A stretch of 64,000 nt of DNA, taken from Octopus vulgaris (lineage: Eukaryota). The notes under the pieces are model-generated. The model was not told where the DNA came from. It saw only the letters and a list, made by a program, of their open reading frames with translations, and did no database searches. Each line of letters begins with the position of its first letter. Positions within the stretch are counted from its first letter, which is position 1. The stretch lies in the NCBI GenBank assembly GCA_951406725.2, contig OX597821.1:115444001-115508000 (forward strand). The letters run 5' to 3'. Shown one piece after another: positions 26,845 through 40,007 of this stretch. The position numbers and the translations under genes are program-made.

Positions 26845-26925
26845 GACCCTGAAGAAGTTGCACCAACAATTAACCCCAAGATGCACACATAAGTGTGCAG
26901 CAGATGCAGCCAAAATGTGTAGGTC
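26845..26925 (+). ncRNA. Decayed hammerhead ribozyme
   Basis: gacc CTGAAGA agttgca...tgcagcc AAAA tgtg TA ggtc. The 3' half differs from cGAAAcgcgTA by three CpG-type transitions. Confidence 0.5.
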
Positions 26926-27291
26926 CAAGGGAAGAATACTGCAAATAACTGTATAATGAAATATGGATGTGTTAATCTTTGTTCTCCTGATCTTTATTAA
27001 TTTCATTATTTTCTCTGTGGAAACTATGCAGTCCCTTAAAGGCCATTTGGATTTACCAAGTGAGGATAATAACTGAGTCTAGTAAATTATCACTAATTCA
27101 AGTATCTCCAACATAGCATTAAGAACCGATCTAAGAGTTAACATGGTAACTGCCAGAATTAAATATCCCTTGAAACCATTTTTGGGTGTATATATCATCA
27201 TTGTTTAACGCCTGCCTTCCATGCTAGCATGGGTGTGTATATATATATTTTCTTTACTAGTTTCAGCTTCAGAACTGTGGCCATGCTGGGG

Positions 27292-27445
27292 CAGGCATGG
27301 CTGTATGGTAAGAAGCTTGCTTCCCAATTATAGGGTTCTTGGTTCAATCCTACCGTGTGGCACCTTGGGCAAGTGTCTACAACAATAGTTTCAGACTAAC
27401 CAAAGCCTCGTGATTTGGTTGATGGAAACTGAGAGAAGCCCATCA
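27292..27445 (+). mobile_element. tRNA-derived SINE with CORE-like motif
   Basis: A/B-box-like head (tggctgtatggtaag...ggttcaatcc) followed by caccttgggcaagtg. Related copies near 21316, 43575, 61213 and 62565. Confidence 0.6.
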
Positions 27446-27699
27446 CATTGTTTAATGAAAGACAGTGGTAAAATAAGTTCCAGACTTAAGAAAAAAAAAG
27501 TACTGGGGTTGATTCATTCAACTAAACATTCCTCAGGGCGATGCCTCAGCCTGGTCAGTCTAATGACTGAAACAAGTAAAAGAAAAGATTTATGTATATG
27601 TATGTATGTATGTATATATGTACATGTATGTGTGTATGTTCCTAAAAGAAAATGGCTTGCTAACAGACATGCAATGTCTTCCGTCTTGGTAGGAGCTGC

Positions 27700-28960
27700 C
27701 TAACACAGTTACTACAGCACTTCAGCTGGGTACTAAAACAACAGCTCAACCACTTAAATGTGGATGTGATATATCTCAACTTTGCCAAGGCTTTTGACAA
27801 AGCTGAGCATGGAATGGTATGTCAAATTGTATGACCTTGGTATCACTGGTAGACTGGGAGAGTGGCGCATGATTTCCTGTAAGGCAGAAGTCAGGCTGTC
27901 ACAGCAAATGGTGCTCTCCTCAAAGTGTCACCAATCCTCAGCAGAATCCCACAGGGAACAGTGCTGGGACCACTACTGTTTGTGGTAGATCTCTTGGAAA
28001 TGCCATCAGCCATAGAGTCAGCCACACTCACCAGCTACACCGATGATACAAAAGTATCACAGACAATCAAGGATCCTACCAACATCCTAAGACTGCAGAA
28101 TGTCCTGAACACTATATAAAAGTAAGCAGATGAGAATAATATGCAGTTAAATGCTTCGAAATTTCAAGCACTCTACTATCAGCCCATGAACAAACTACAG
28201 CTGAAGTACATGGGACCAGCAGGCAATGTAATCCCAGAGTTAGTCGGTGCGCAGTCTGGGAATCCACTTGAACAATGATACAACTTTCCATGTGCACACT
28301 GCTCAGATGACAACACTTTGCAGGCAGGTGGCAAGTTGGATCTTTCAATCCTTCAGGACTAGGAACAGAGACACAATGCTTCTGCTTTGGAGAACCTTTG
28401 TCCTCAGTTGTCTGGACAACTGCTCCCAATTATGGTCACCACAGAGCGTAAAACTAATTGTGGAACTAGAGGCAATCCAATGCCACTACGCAAGGAAGAT
28501 AGGCTCAGTAAAACACAAAGGTTAAAGGAACTAGGACCCTACTCCCTGGAGATGAGTCGTGAGAGATATGTAGTGCTATACATATGGAAAATAATGGAGG
28601 GTCTAGCTCCAAATTTCAGAATCGAAATCTACAACAATCCCAGCACTGCACAGTATCAAAGGTCCCATCTTCTCCACTGAGGATACGAACCTAATGTTGT
28701 AAGGGCTTGGGATTCAAGGGACCACAGCTTTTTAATGCCTTATCACAGAACATCAGGGATCTGCGAGGAAGTATACAAAAAACGTCTGGACAGTTTTTTA
28801 TCTGTAATACAGGATGAACCTACATCATGGCAGGAGATACAAAAAAGAGCAGCAATGTCCAACTCGCTACTTCGCCAGAAGCAATACTGGAAAAACCCCA
28901 GATGCAGTAAAGGCGGTACATCAGCATGGCCTCACCCTCTGGCTGCAACCAGTAAAAGAT
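27700..28960 (+). mobile_element. Degenerate CR1/Jockey-group LINE 3' part
   Basis: VDVIYLNFAKAFDK, IPQGTVLGPLLF, SYTDDTK and LDNCSQLWSP motifs spread over shifted frames. Confidence 0.8.
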
Positions 28961-29455
28961 AAAAGATAGTTGTGATAAATGTATTATTATGATAAATGAC
29001 ACTGAAGATATTAAAAATTAGGCTAACTAATTTAATGTGCCAATAATTTTAATGAATTAAGTATTATAACATTGATGTGATACGTACTTTTACACCCCCG
29101 CTGTATATAAGTATGTGTGTGTGTGTGTTTATGTATACATACATGCATGTATGCATGTGTGTATGTGTGAACATTGATGTAACTATCATTGTGCATGGAA
29201 TAAAAAATAAATCCCTCACTGACAAAAAGCAAAGACATTCTGCCATAAAATTTGGTCTCATAAGTGAGGGCTTTTATGAGCATTTGGCTTATATTGTTTG
29301 AACTCATTCTTGCATGGGACAATGGTGTTAAATGGATATATTATGATATAAGAAGTGAAGATTCAATATCTTAATTTCTGTTGTATCTGCTTTCAAAAAT
29401 AAGCATTTTCTAGATAAATAAGCAATGCTAATTAAGCTTTTCTTTCTGTTTTCAG

Positions 29456-30075
29456 CTCCGTGATATGAAAGCTGATAGTAGTTATTTCCACCCAAGTAAT
29501 TTGTCTAATCATCCCAGCTCATTAACAAGTTCTGATCGGGAACGTCTTCTTCCTAATATTGCTCATGATAGAAGCAGACCTCCTAAATTATTGTCTACTC
29601 CACCTCAAGGGTCAAATCAGACACAGTCTGATTCCTCTCTCACAGCACCTGGAGAATTCGATGGCTTTAATGAAGCTGAAAGTAAGAATCATTCTGTTCC
29701 ACCTACTACCACATCATACGACAGCTGTAGAAGTGATTCTTCAGTAACATCACAACACAGTTCTGATCTAGCTTCCAAAGGACCTGGATCTACTTTGACT
29801 GCATCAGAAAATAAGCTTATTATGGATGCTCGATTTACAGTGTTACCCGAAGCCAGTCGTTTACTTACTTCACCATCAAATGGATCCTTTACAACTACCG
29901 TTACAACTGTTCAAAATAGTATGGTTTCTTCTCAACCTCAAACGACATTTTCCAGTAACTATGACAGTTATCTTAGTGGTAACCATGTAAGTGCTTCAAC
30001 AACCGGACTTAATGGTGTAACAACAGTTGTAAATAGCAGCCTTGAGCAGACTCAGGGGAAAAGACAGCGATCAAG
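29456..30075 (+). CDS. MLLT10: AF10/MLLT10 large Ser/Thr-rich coding exon
   Basis: ttttcag|CTC CGT GAT ATG...TCA AG|gtaaaa. Coincides with the 204-aa ORF 29465-30079. 620 nt, phase 0 to 2. Confidence 0.88.
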
Positions 30076-32373
30076 GTAAAAAAATTACATGTCTCTATCA
30101 CATCTGTGTTTGTTGAAAGTAAAATGCTTTCTTATTGCTTGTCACTGTATTGGCATAGAGAATTAAACTTCACTTTTGGTAATTAACAATCCTACTTATG
30201 GTCCCATTTATTATTAAGATATTGTTAATTTATTGTTTTATATATTTGCATATGTTGATAACGTCTCCTTTAAATTTTAGTTGTAACCAAGTTATGTAAA
30301 CACATGTACACAACTCAATAGTGCTGGTTAAACGTTGCTTGGTTACCTTGCATATTTTTATATTGTGTATATAAATACACACAACATATACACATACATA
30401 GAAAAATGGCCAACATCTATTGAAGACAGAATTAAGATTAATGTATTTATATTAAATATAATAACAACATAAAAACTAGGAACAAATTATTCTATTCATA
30501 ATATTGATTACTTGCAAACAATTTTGTCATGGAAGAGTTTCGTTGGTTCGGTCATTTTTAATGCATATTTATCAACTTTTGGGAGAAAAAGAGGAAAAGT
30601 TGCTCTGATTGGATTCAAATTTAGACTATAGAAATATGAAACTAAATACTGAACTGTTCTATCTCTGTCAATATCCTGGATTTTTTTTTTATTTTTCAGA
30701 GACTAGGAATTTGAAGGGTGTATATAAAATTGTATTATTTCTAATTTGAAAATAAAGTAGATAGCAACACTTGTATCATTTTAGTGTCACACAGATATGG
30801 TTATCAAAAACTAATTTTATAACTATGATTGAGATCTTACTCAAATTAGTGACTATATTTTGGGCATAAAACATATTTGTATTATGGGAGTTCAATGAGG
30901 AAAGTTGATTGACTAGTTAATGATAATAGGTTCAACGCTTATGGGAATCATGATCATCAGTATAGCTGGAACATAAATAACTACATATAAATTCTGTGTT
31001 ATATAGGTATAAATCTGGGTATGGTACTTTGCATGTGCAAATGCTAATTGTATTAAATTGAAAGAATGAATTCTTGTCCTATGAGTAGTAGTATTACAGT
31101 GTTGGTCATATTAAATTTGTAGCAGACTGTAGTCTTTCCTGGTGACAATTTAAATGATATGAAGAATTTAAAGTTTCTATGAAATAAATTTATGTTCTTT
31201 TAACTGCTATAAAAAAAAATACAGTTTCATAATTACTGAAATAAATTTCATTAAAAAGTTGAAGCACGTGAAGAAAAAGAAAATAATTACTACATTAGTT
31301 TATTTATGTACATTTAGCATTTATAATACAATTTGAAAGTTAAGTAATTTTGTCATAGAGAATTATGGCTTAAAATTCACACTAGCTAATTCTTCATACT
31401 AACTATAATAGTTCACAACAATTCAAATAAGTCTTGTTGGATTTTTATCATAGACATAGCATAAAAAATAGCCAATGTCTCAAAGGAGTGAGTGTCATGG
31501 AGTTTAGTAGCATCCCACAAACACTAAAGTTTTCCCCAAAATCCAGGGTTTTTATAACTGCTCAACTTGACTTTAAAGAATTGAAATCATATAAAAATGT
31601 TCTTTAACTAATTTTCAGAATTCCTATATGAGCAGTTATTTCAACCAATGGGGAAAATGACAATCATATTTCTTCGGCAATACAAACATTACGTCATATT
31701 GCCAGCTACTACGAATTGGCAGCCACTATTTGAAATGGCTGCACACTACAGATGTAAAACATTGATAACGCATTGCACATGTCAAGGGAAATAACTTTAC
31801 CGAAAGTAACGTTTTCAAAGTGAAGATAAATTGTCTACTATACTGTGCCTTGCCTGGGAAACATATTAAAAATGTTGGAGTGAAAATTTAGTAATTCACT
31901 AGTTGAGAAAAGTTATTTATCTGGGTAATATAAAGTTCATTTGCAAGTTCTTTCTATAACTTTGGATAAGTGCTGAGAAAAAGGCTGAAGAATTTGTTGA
32001 AGGCAAAGTAATTTTTAGAGCATAAATTTTTAGGTATTACCTTAGTGATATAAAAATAACCTTAATTTTTCTATATAACAGACAAAAAAAATGTGGTTTT
32101 TACAGCAGGTTTGTTGTTGATAGAGAAGTTTTATTTGAGATGGACAGAATGTTTTGGGTCAAGTTATGAAGATCAAATTAAAAAAGAAAAAAAAGATTTC
32201 TGTCAAATAGTTGATTGAAAAATGAATGCATTTTATTTTTTTATTAATAAAACTAAAATATATAAAATGTGAAAATGTTAATTATCATTTCATTGGACAC
32301 AAACAAAAATATTAAAGATATGCAATCTAACTCATATAGATCATTATAGTTAGGGTAAATTATTTTTGTACAT

Positions 32374-32763
32374 CATCATCATCATCGTTTAACGCCGTTT
32401 TCCATGCTAGCATGGGTTGGACGGTTCAACCGGGGTCTGGGAAGTCAGGAGGCTGCACCAGGCTCCAGTCTGATCTGGCAGTGTTTCTAAAGCTGGATGC
32501 CCTTCCTAATGCCAACCACTCCGTGAGTGCTTTTTACTTGCCACGGCACAGGTACCAGGGGAGGCTGGCAATGACCACAATCGGTTGGTGGTTTTTATGT
32601 GCCAGGGTAGGCTGGCAACGGCCACGAACGGTTGGTGCTTCTTACATGCCACCGGCATGGAAGCCAGTAAAGGCGACGCTGGCATCGGCCACGTATGGAT
32701 GATGCTTTTTCCGTGCCACTGGCACAGGTGCCAGGGGAGGCTGGTAACGGCCACGATCAGTTG
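32374..32763 (-). mobile_element. SINE-like repeat, subfamily A, with GTACAT target duplication
   Basis: Flanked by gtacat at 32368-32373 and 32764-32769. The empty paralogous site is at 34918-34923. Confidence 0.85.
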
Positions 32764-33417
32764 GTACATTATTTGAAATTCTAGCTTATAATGAATGCAA
32801 CAAAAAAAAAAAAAGAAATATATAGTATTATTTTGGGTGTCCATTATTATTGTTTTCACTTTAGTACTAATTTAATTGTCTGCATATTTCTAATGCATCA
32901 AATGGCTGTTTTACTGTTTGTTTAAAACAAACTTAACAAATATTAGTCACAATTATAGCATTCTACAGCATGTCTTATAGTTATGAGGTGACAGGTGTCG
33001 TTAAAGTCAGTAAATGAGACTATTATCAACATAGATCAATACTTGAGAAATCCGATATGGGATGTGTTGTACAAGTAGAATAGAGAGGTTTATGATCAGG
33101 TCTGTGGCACTGCCCCCAGACCATATACCTGCTCACCGCTATTCAGGTGGAGATGGCTATCTACAAGTGCAAGTCCTGTGAGCCAGGGGCTGTTCCAGTG
33201 CATCTCCCTTGCCATCCTCCCTCGCAACACCTTTTCCATTTTATTTTGCTGGATCTATGAATGGTCTGAATTCTAGGAAATTGTATGTTCCTCACCTTAA
33301 CGTAAAGTTACCCCTTATATGTTGCTTCCATCACCATACAGATGTAACAAACTGTTACGGTATCTGAAGTATTGACTTATGACATAGTAAGAACATTCTT
33401 ACATGTGAAGTATCTGA

Positions 33418-33912
33418 TCCATCATCATCATCATCGTTTAACGTCCGCTTTCCATGCTAGCATGAGTTGGTCGAATGAGGGCTGGCAAACCAGATGGCTG
33501 CACCAGGCTTCAATCTTGATCTAGCAGAGTTTCTACAGCTGGATGCCCTTCCTAACGCCAACCACTCCGAGAGTTTAGTGGGTGCTTTTATGTGCCACTG
33601 GTACTGGCAACAACCTCGCTCGAATCTTTTACACATTCCACTGGCACAGGTGCCAGTAAGGCAATGCTGGTAACGATCACGCTCGAATGGTGTCTTTTAC
33701 GTGCCGCCGGCACAGAGGCCAGGTAGCCGCTCTGGCAACGATCACGCTCAGATGGAGCTCTTTAAGGCAACACTGGTAATGATCACACTCGAATGGTGCC
33801 TTTTAAGTGCCACTGGCACGGAAGCCGGTTAGCCTCTCTGTCAATGATCACACTCATATGGTGCTCTTTGCATCCCGCTAGTACGGATGCCAGTCATCGA
33901 ATTTGATTTTGA
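33418..33912 (-). mobile_element. SINE-like repeat, subfamily B, several internal subunits
   Basis: Repeated ...gatcacgctcgaatggtg... units. Confidence 0.8.
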
Positions 33913-34490
33913 TTATTCCCTGTTATTAATTCAACTTTTCATTGTTTTTAAGAAGTTACCTCCTCAGATTATTGTTTATATTTGGCAACTTGTTTTTCCT
34001 TTATAGCACTTTCATAAATTACAATAATCACTTTTAAAAAACTTGAGTGCAATTCAGATTTTGTTTCTCAGGGAAATCAGAAAGTCAGGAATGACTTAGT
34101 GGATGTGCTATATTTCACTTTGTTAATGACAGCAAGTTAATTACCCTTGCTACTTTCATGACAAACTACTATTTTGGTCTTGTTTTCCTGTGGGTTGACC
34201 AATAGTTCCACAAGAATTGTTGTTAATAGAAACTTTTTATTTGAAATAGACAGAATGGTTTGGGTTAAGTTATGAAGATCAAATTTTAAAAAAAAAAAGA
34301 TTTCTGTCAAATAGTTTGTAAAACATTAGTCTGATATATACTTTTAATAATGTAAGCAATGTAATAACAAAAATGTTGATTGAAAGATCAAAGAAAAATG
34401 AATGCATTTTATTTTTTTAATAATAAAACTAAAATATATAAAATGTGAAAATGTTAATTATCATTTCTTTGGACTCAAACAAAAATATTA

Positions 34491-34866
34491 TTATCACTAG
34501 CACTATGACCCGGCATTGCCTGGTCATACTGCTAGTGCATGCATATACAGCTGCATGCGTGCGCACATACACACAAGTACTGTCCAAATCTCCGACCAAT
34601 CACATACAGTTAGCTGGCATTCAATTGGCGTATCGAGTTTCGGGCATTCTGATTGGGTTTTGGATAGAAAATTCACAAAAAAGTCACTTCTATTGATTTT
34701 TTAATGGGTTTGTAGGGTGACTGGGGAAATGTAAAGATGTGCACAACCATCCTTGGACGGTTTTGAATGACCATAGAAAGTGCGAATCCTCTAACTGAAA
34801 AATTGTGGATTTGTATAAAGGACACACACACACAGACAGACATTTTGCCGTTTATATATAGAGAGA
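34491..34866 (-). mobile_element. Non-autonomous Helitron-like insertion
   Basis: Absent from the paralogous copy at about 32310. Terminal actagca...tgctagt hairpin at 34496-34546. No clear TSD. Confidence 0.55.
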
Positions 34867-37699
34867 GATATGCAATCTAACTCATATAGGCCACTATAGT
34901 TAGGGTTAATTATTTTTGTACATTATTTGAAATTCTTACTTATCTCCATTTTCTTCTCAGCTTAAACATTCTTGAAATTTAAAGTCCATATGAAATTATC
35001 ATTAAGGATATTGCTATCACGAACATCTTTATTATGAGAAGTATTTTGTTCCACATTGTAAAATGCTTAAATGTGAATTTCTTTTCTTTTAAAGTAAATT
35101 GAATTGTATATATTAGGTAGTATTGCTGGGGGAGGGGGGAGGGAAATAGTCTGTCCAAAGCAATGTTTTTATGGGGTTGGCATTTTTAGGGCAGCACACA
35201 CACTGGCTAAGCTGCTGATATATATTAAATTTTCATGTATGATAAGTTCGTATATCTTTTTGTTTTTGATTGAAATGAGCTTTGATTTTGATTATTTTAA
35301 TTCCTGTATTCAATACACACATACATACATATAAATGTATATATATTTACTCTGTTAGAGTGCTTTGACTCTCTCAGTCTTTTGACTTATTTCCACTGGT
35401 AACCATCTAAACCCAAATTACGATGTATAATAAAGCTGCCCAGACCCTGTTGCCACAAAGGTTCTTAAGACAATTTGCTAATAAACAACTCCCATAGATA
35501 AACATTTCCCAGTGCTTCAATTTTATTGAGATTTATATAAATTTCATTTATAAATACAGAATAAATGCTGATTAAGGTGCTATAATATTAATTTTATTTA
35601 CTAGACAATGTAATATGTATATTTTTTAATACTGTAAGAAATTTTAAGTAAAAAAAGTCAAAAGCAGCATAAAACATAGATTTAATCCACTGCCCAGTTT
35701 GACACCATCACTTAGTTTGTGGGTATCTTTAAGTTGACTCTGTTGCAAGCAGTTAAGGTTAGTTTGTGGATATGAGGATAACTCCCTGCCACTAATCATA
35801 GAATCATTCGTACTGTTCTCTCTTCTTTAAGACATAAGCAAAATACGACATGGTACCACTACAACCATGACAATATAGTATAGTCTTTGACATATCTTTT
35901 ATACACTATACTTTTTGTTTCACATTTTGTGGTAAGAGATATGATCTAACTGACCAAAGCTGCAGAAGTTTATAAAATGCTGATTTTAACAAGTAATAGT
36001 CATTAAGTATTGTTTTTGTCCCACTCATACTTGCATAGCTTGAACAAGTTTGCTTTACTGCTCATTGTCACCTGGTTCAATCTTTTGTCATTAGCATTCA
36101 TCTTCAAATGACATTACATGTCATTTCTTTTTTTTTTCTTCTTTCTTTTCTTTTTATTCCTTTTGTGTACATTACTTTCTAATATTCAACCACTCATTTC
36201 ACTCACTTGAGCTGTTAAATTTTATATGCAGATTAACATTGTACTTCCACTATAGGAGGAATTACAACCGTGTTTCGTGGTCTGCTACCACAACAGCTCC
36301 TTTATAGGATCCAGTTAGCTCAAGACATCATCAGGAGGAACCACGTCCAGTTTCGGCCCCTACTCCTCTACCATTTTGATGTGGCAGCCCCCCCCCCCCT
36401 TTCAGAGCTGTCTTCAGCTCTGGTGTTGGGTGCATGTCTTCTTTCTTCTGTTCCCTGGCCTCTTCGATGTAGCATCAGTGAGTGTCAGCCGGTGACTGAT
36501 TGACTTGTCAAATTTTTCCCTTTAAATACCTGTCGCATAGGCTCCAGCAGGCAGCCCCAGCAAGTTGTCACATGACACTGTCTCACCTTAACTGACCAGT
36601 GAAGGCGCGTAGTCTTAGCCCGCGCATTCTCTAAACGACCGTCACCTGTCAGTCAGTGAAGCTGATTCAGTGTCAGCTTGTCTCAACTAGTGATGTTATT
36701 TCCCGCCGGCATGTTTTGACTTTCAAGCCATTTTGGGCTTAAAAACTATACTTAAAAACTTTCTCCCCAGCCTCTACAGACATACTCAGAGTAATGACCC
36801 ACTTGATACTCTATAGCATTAAACTTCTTACGATTCATCCCAATTAATTTTCTATAGAAGAAATCTGTTGCCAGCAGTAATAACTTTTCTGTGAATTCCT
36901 TTCATTCCTTGTTTACTTGATTCAGCCATTCTAGATTAGCAACAATCAATTATATCTAGTAATTCATCTGAGGAGTTCATGGATCTCATTTTTATCTATT
37001 GCTCTTACTGTTAACTACTTGTACATAAAATGCATTTGAAGTTGTTTATGGTTGGGGTGGATTGACAGGATCTAGCAAGCCGGAGGGCTGCACCAGGCTC
37101 CAGTCATCTGTTTTGGCAAGGTTTTTATGGCTGGATGTCCTCCTTAATGCCAACCACTTTACAGAATGTACTGGGTGTTTTTTTATGCAGCACCAGCACA
37201 GGTGCTCTTCTTATGTGGAGCTTTTTACATGGCACTGGCATGGGTGCTTTCTACATGCTACCAGTCCAGGTGCTTATTACGTGGTGCTGGCACAAGTACT
37301 CATGGGGTTGCCAAGAGGCCTGCAAGACAAGAGAGTGAAAGTGGCCGTGTGCCAGACAAGAGGTTGGAATATGATAGGGGGTCAGGGATAGCTCTATTAC
37401 TACAAGGGAGATACTTGGCTACCTCAGTAGAACAAGGAAGCAGAGGGAGGTGGGACAGAGATAGAGAAAAAGAGAAAGAGACCAAGATAGGGTCTACTGA
37501 CAAAGAGCAGAGGTAGATGAGTGTAGGTAGTACAGAGGGGATAGAGGAGATGTACCATAAGTGTGTGAGGGGAAATATTTAGAGACAGCAAGTGATGTTG
37601 TACGGGGGGGGGGGGGGGCAGTGGCTGGTGGAGGTGTTGGCGAGATGGTTGTGTATGAGGTTTACCAGAGGACAGAATTTTGTAAAGGATATGATTTTA

Positions 37700-38290
37700 C
37701 TTGTGTCTTCTGTAGCACAACAAATCACCAAATGTTTGTCTCTTGTAATTTCCTCAGTGAGACTGAATAGCTGAAGATCCTTTCTCACCACTTTGTCCCA
37801 CATCTTCCTTGGTCTCCTCTTTCCACAGGCTCCCTCCACAATCAGAGATTACTTTATGCAGTCTTCTCTCTTTCAAACTACATCTCATGCCTCTTATACC
37901 CAATTTTTCTCGGAAATCATTTACACTCTGTTGTACATGCATACTGACATTATCCATCCAGCAGAGCATGCTGGTTTCATTTCCTTCAAACCTTTGCATG
38001 TGCTATGTAGTCACAGCCCATGTTTCACTGCTATGCAGCATAGCTGTTCGGACACAGGCATTATACAATCTGCCTGTCATTTTGAGGGAGAGGTCCATAT
38101 GTTACTAACAAAGGTAGCAGCTCTCTGGACTTTGCCCGGCCTATTTTTATTCTAGCAACTATGCTTTTGGAGCTTCCTCTTCCACTACTAATTTGGTTGC
38201 CTAGGTAATGGAAGCTATCTACTATTTCTAAGGATCCCCCCAGACATTGAGAGAATCTATTTTCTATATGTTCCATTGAGTGTGCAGCTT
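37700..38290 (-). mobile_element. RTE-like LINE 3' fragment
   Basis: LEIVDSFHYLG...RIKIGRAKSRELLPLL and RLYNACVRTAMLHSSETW motifs. Confidence 0.75.
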
Positions 38291-38542
38291 TTATTTCCTT
38301 CCTACTCTGGGATTTTGTGCTTACTGGTATTAACTAGTATTTTGGTATTTACCATATTGGTTTTCAGACTTTTGAACTTTATCTCATTCCATCAGGCTTG
38401 GGAAGTTTACTGCAGTTTTTGATTAATTCTGTTAAGATACCAATTCATTAGCATGTCCTGAACTTGTACTATTGTCAGAAGGGATATAAGGAATTGCTGA
38501 GGCTAAAGACAGTACTGATTCCTAATTTGTAAATTAATGGTT

Positions 38543-38853
38543 TGGCACGTAAAAAACACCATTCGAGCGTGATCGTTACCAGCATCGCCTTACTGGCACC
38601 CGCGCCGGTGGCATGTGTAAAAGATTCGAGCGAGGTCATTGCCAGTGCCGCCTGACTGGCTCCGTGCCAGTGGCACATAAAAGCACCCACTACACTCTTG
38701 GAGTGGTTGGTGTTAAGAAGGGCATCCAGCTGTAGAAACTCTGCCAGATCAAGATTGAAGCCTGGTGCAGCCATCTGGTTCGCCAGCCCTCAGTCATATG
38801 TCCAACCCATGCTAGCATGGAAAGCGGACCTTAAACGATGATGATGATGATGA
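38543..38853 (+). mobile_element. SINE-like repeat, subfamily B
   Basis: Diagnostic sequence and (GAT)n tail. Confidence 0.8.
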
Positions 38854-39068
38854 TTTTAATAAAAATGTTATTAGATATTATACACTAATTTGAGACTGAA
38901 TCCCTCACCCCAACAAGTCTACTGGTATAGCCTATTGTTCTTTCAGACTAAAATTTGTGCTTATAATGTCTAATTAGTATTTCCCTAAATATTTGTTCAT
39001 ATTTTTTTGTTTACGTTTTTTAATTTTCTATATTTACAAACTACTTATTCCTCTTCTCTGTTGTAAAG

Positions 39069-39263
39069 ATCTGCAGAAAAACAAGATAAGAAAAACAAGA
39101 AGAACAAATGTCAGCTGTCGTCTAACAATAACAAAAGCAAAAGTAATAAAGATATTTTGGCTACCACATCACCATCATCTTCTTCAGACATGTCTCCCTC
39201 TGACAGCAAGAAAACTTTGGCGCAGAAAAAATCAGATGCTCCCATCACATCTGGTCCACTTGG
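39069..39263 (+). CDS. MLLT10: AF10/MLLT10 coding exon (Lys/Ser-rich)
   Basis: ttgtaaag|A TCT GCA...CTT GG|gtaag. Encodes SAEKQDKKNKKNKCQLSSNNNKSK...PITSGPLG. 195 nt, phase 2-2, open. The CAG acceptor 8 nt downstream would frameshift into a stop. Confidence 0.8.
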
Positions 39264-39777
39264 GTAAGATTTAATTTTTTAGCATTGATGAAAGTGGTAT
39301 AATTAATATTGAGACTAGCAATAATGGGAAATGTAAAAATGTACATTTGCTTTCCTGAATTATCAAAATGGATAAAGTAGATGCTGCAAAATAGATAAAT
39401 CATGCACTCTCTTCTTCGTTTTTGTTTTTTTTTTTTTTGTTTTTTCTTCATTTATTTTTCAAAACAGTATTTGGAGATTTTAATTATACAAAAGAGAAAC
39501 GAGAACTGTTTTTTCACTCCCTTCTTACATATATGATGCTTCTTGAGAAAATATAATTTCTTGCATTATATTTTGCATAAGTGTTAGGTTTTATATGCCA
39601 CATTTATATATCTCTTTTTCATATTTGTGAAGAACTGTATTCAAATATATTTAATCTTAACATCCATTCTAAGCTGCATTACATTATGTAGAAAGAGACC
39701 AATAAACAGTACTAATACATGTATTTGTTTAGCAAGATTCCTCATGTGAAATTCTGTGTTGAAACAGATTTTGTTGG

Positions 39778-40007
39778 GGTGGTGAGCTGGCAGAAACGTT
39801 AGCATGCTGGACGAAATGCTTAGCGGTATTTCATCTGTCGTTACGTTCTGAGTTCAAATTCCGCCGAGGTCGACTTTGCCTTTCATCCTTTCGGGGTCGA
39901 TAAATTAAGTACCAGTTTTGCACTGGGGTCAATGTAATCGACTTAATCCCTTTGTCTGTCCTTGTTTGTCCCCTCTATGTTTAGCCCCTTTTGGGTAGTA
40001 AAGAAAT
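39778..40007 (+). mobile_element. tRNA-derived SINE (Nin-domain-like family), well preserved
   Basis: ggtggtgagctggcagaa...gagttcaaattccgcc...gcctttcatcctttcggggtcgataaattaagtacc. Confidence 0.75.

Noticed and set aside
33560-33900. Repeat-spacer appearance reminiscent of a CRISPR array
   Set aside because: Subunits are homologous along their whole length with no unique spacers; eukaryotic intron with no cas genes.
39778-39870. tRNA-like A and B boxes
   Set aside because: No cloverleaf; this is the head of a multicopy SINE.
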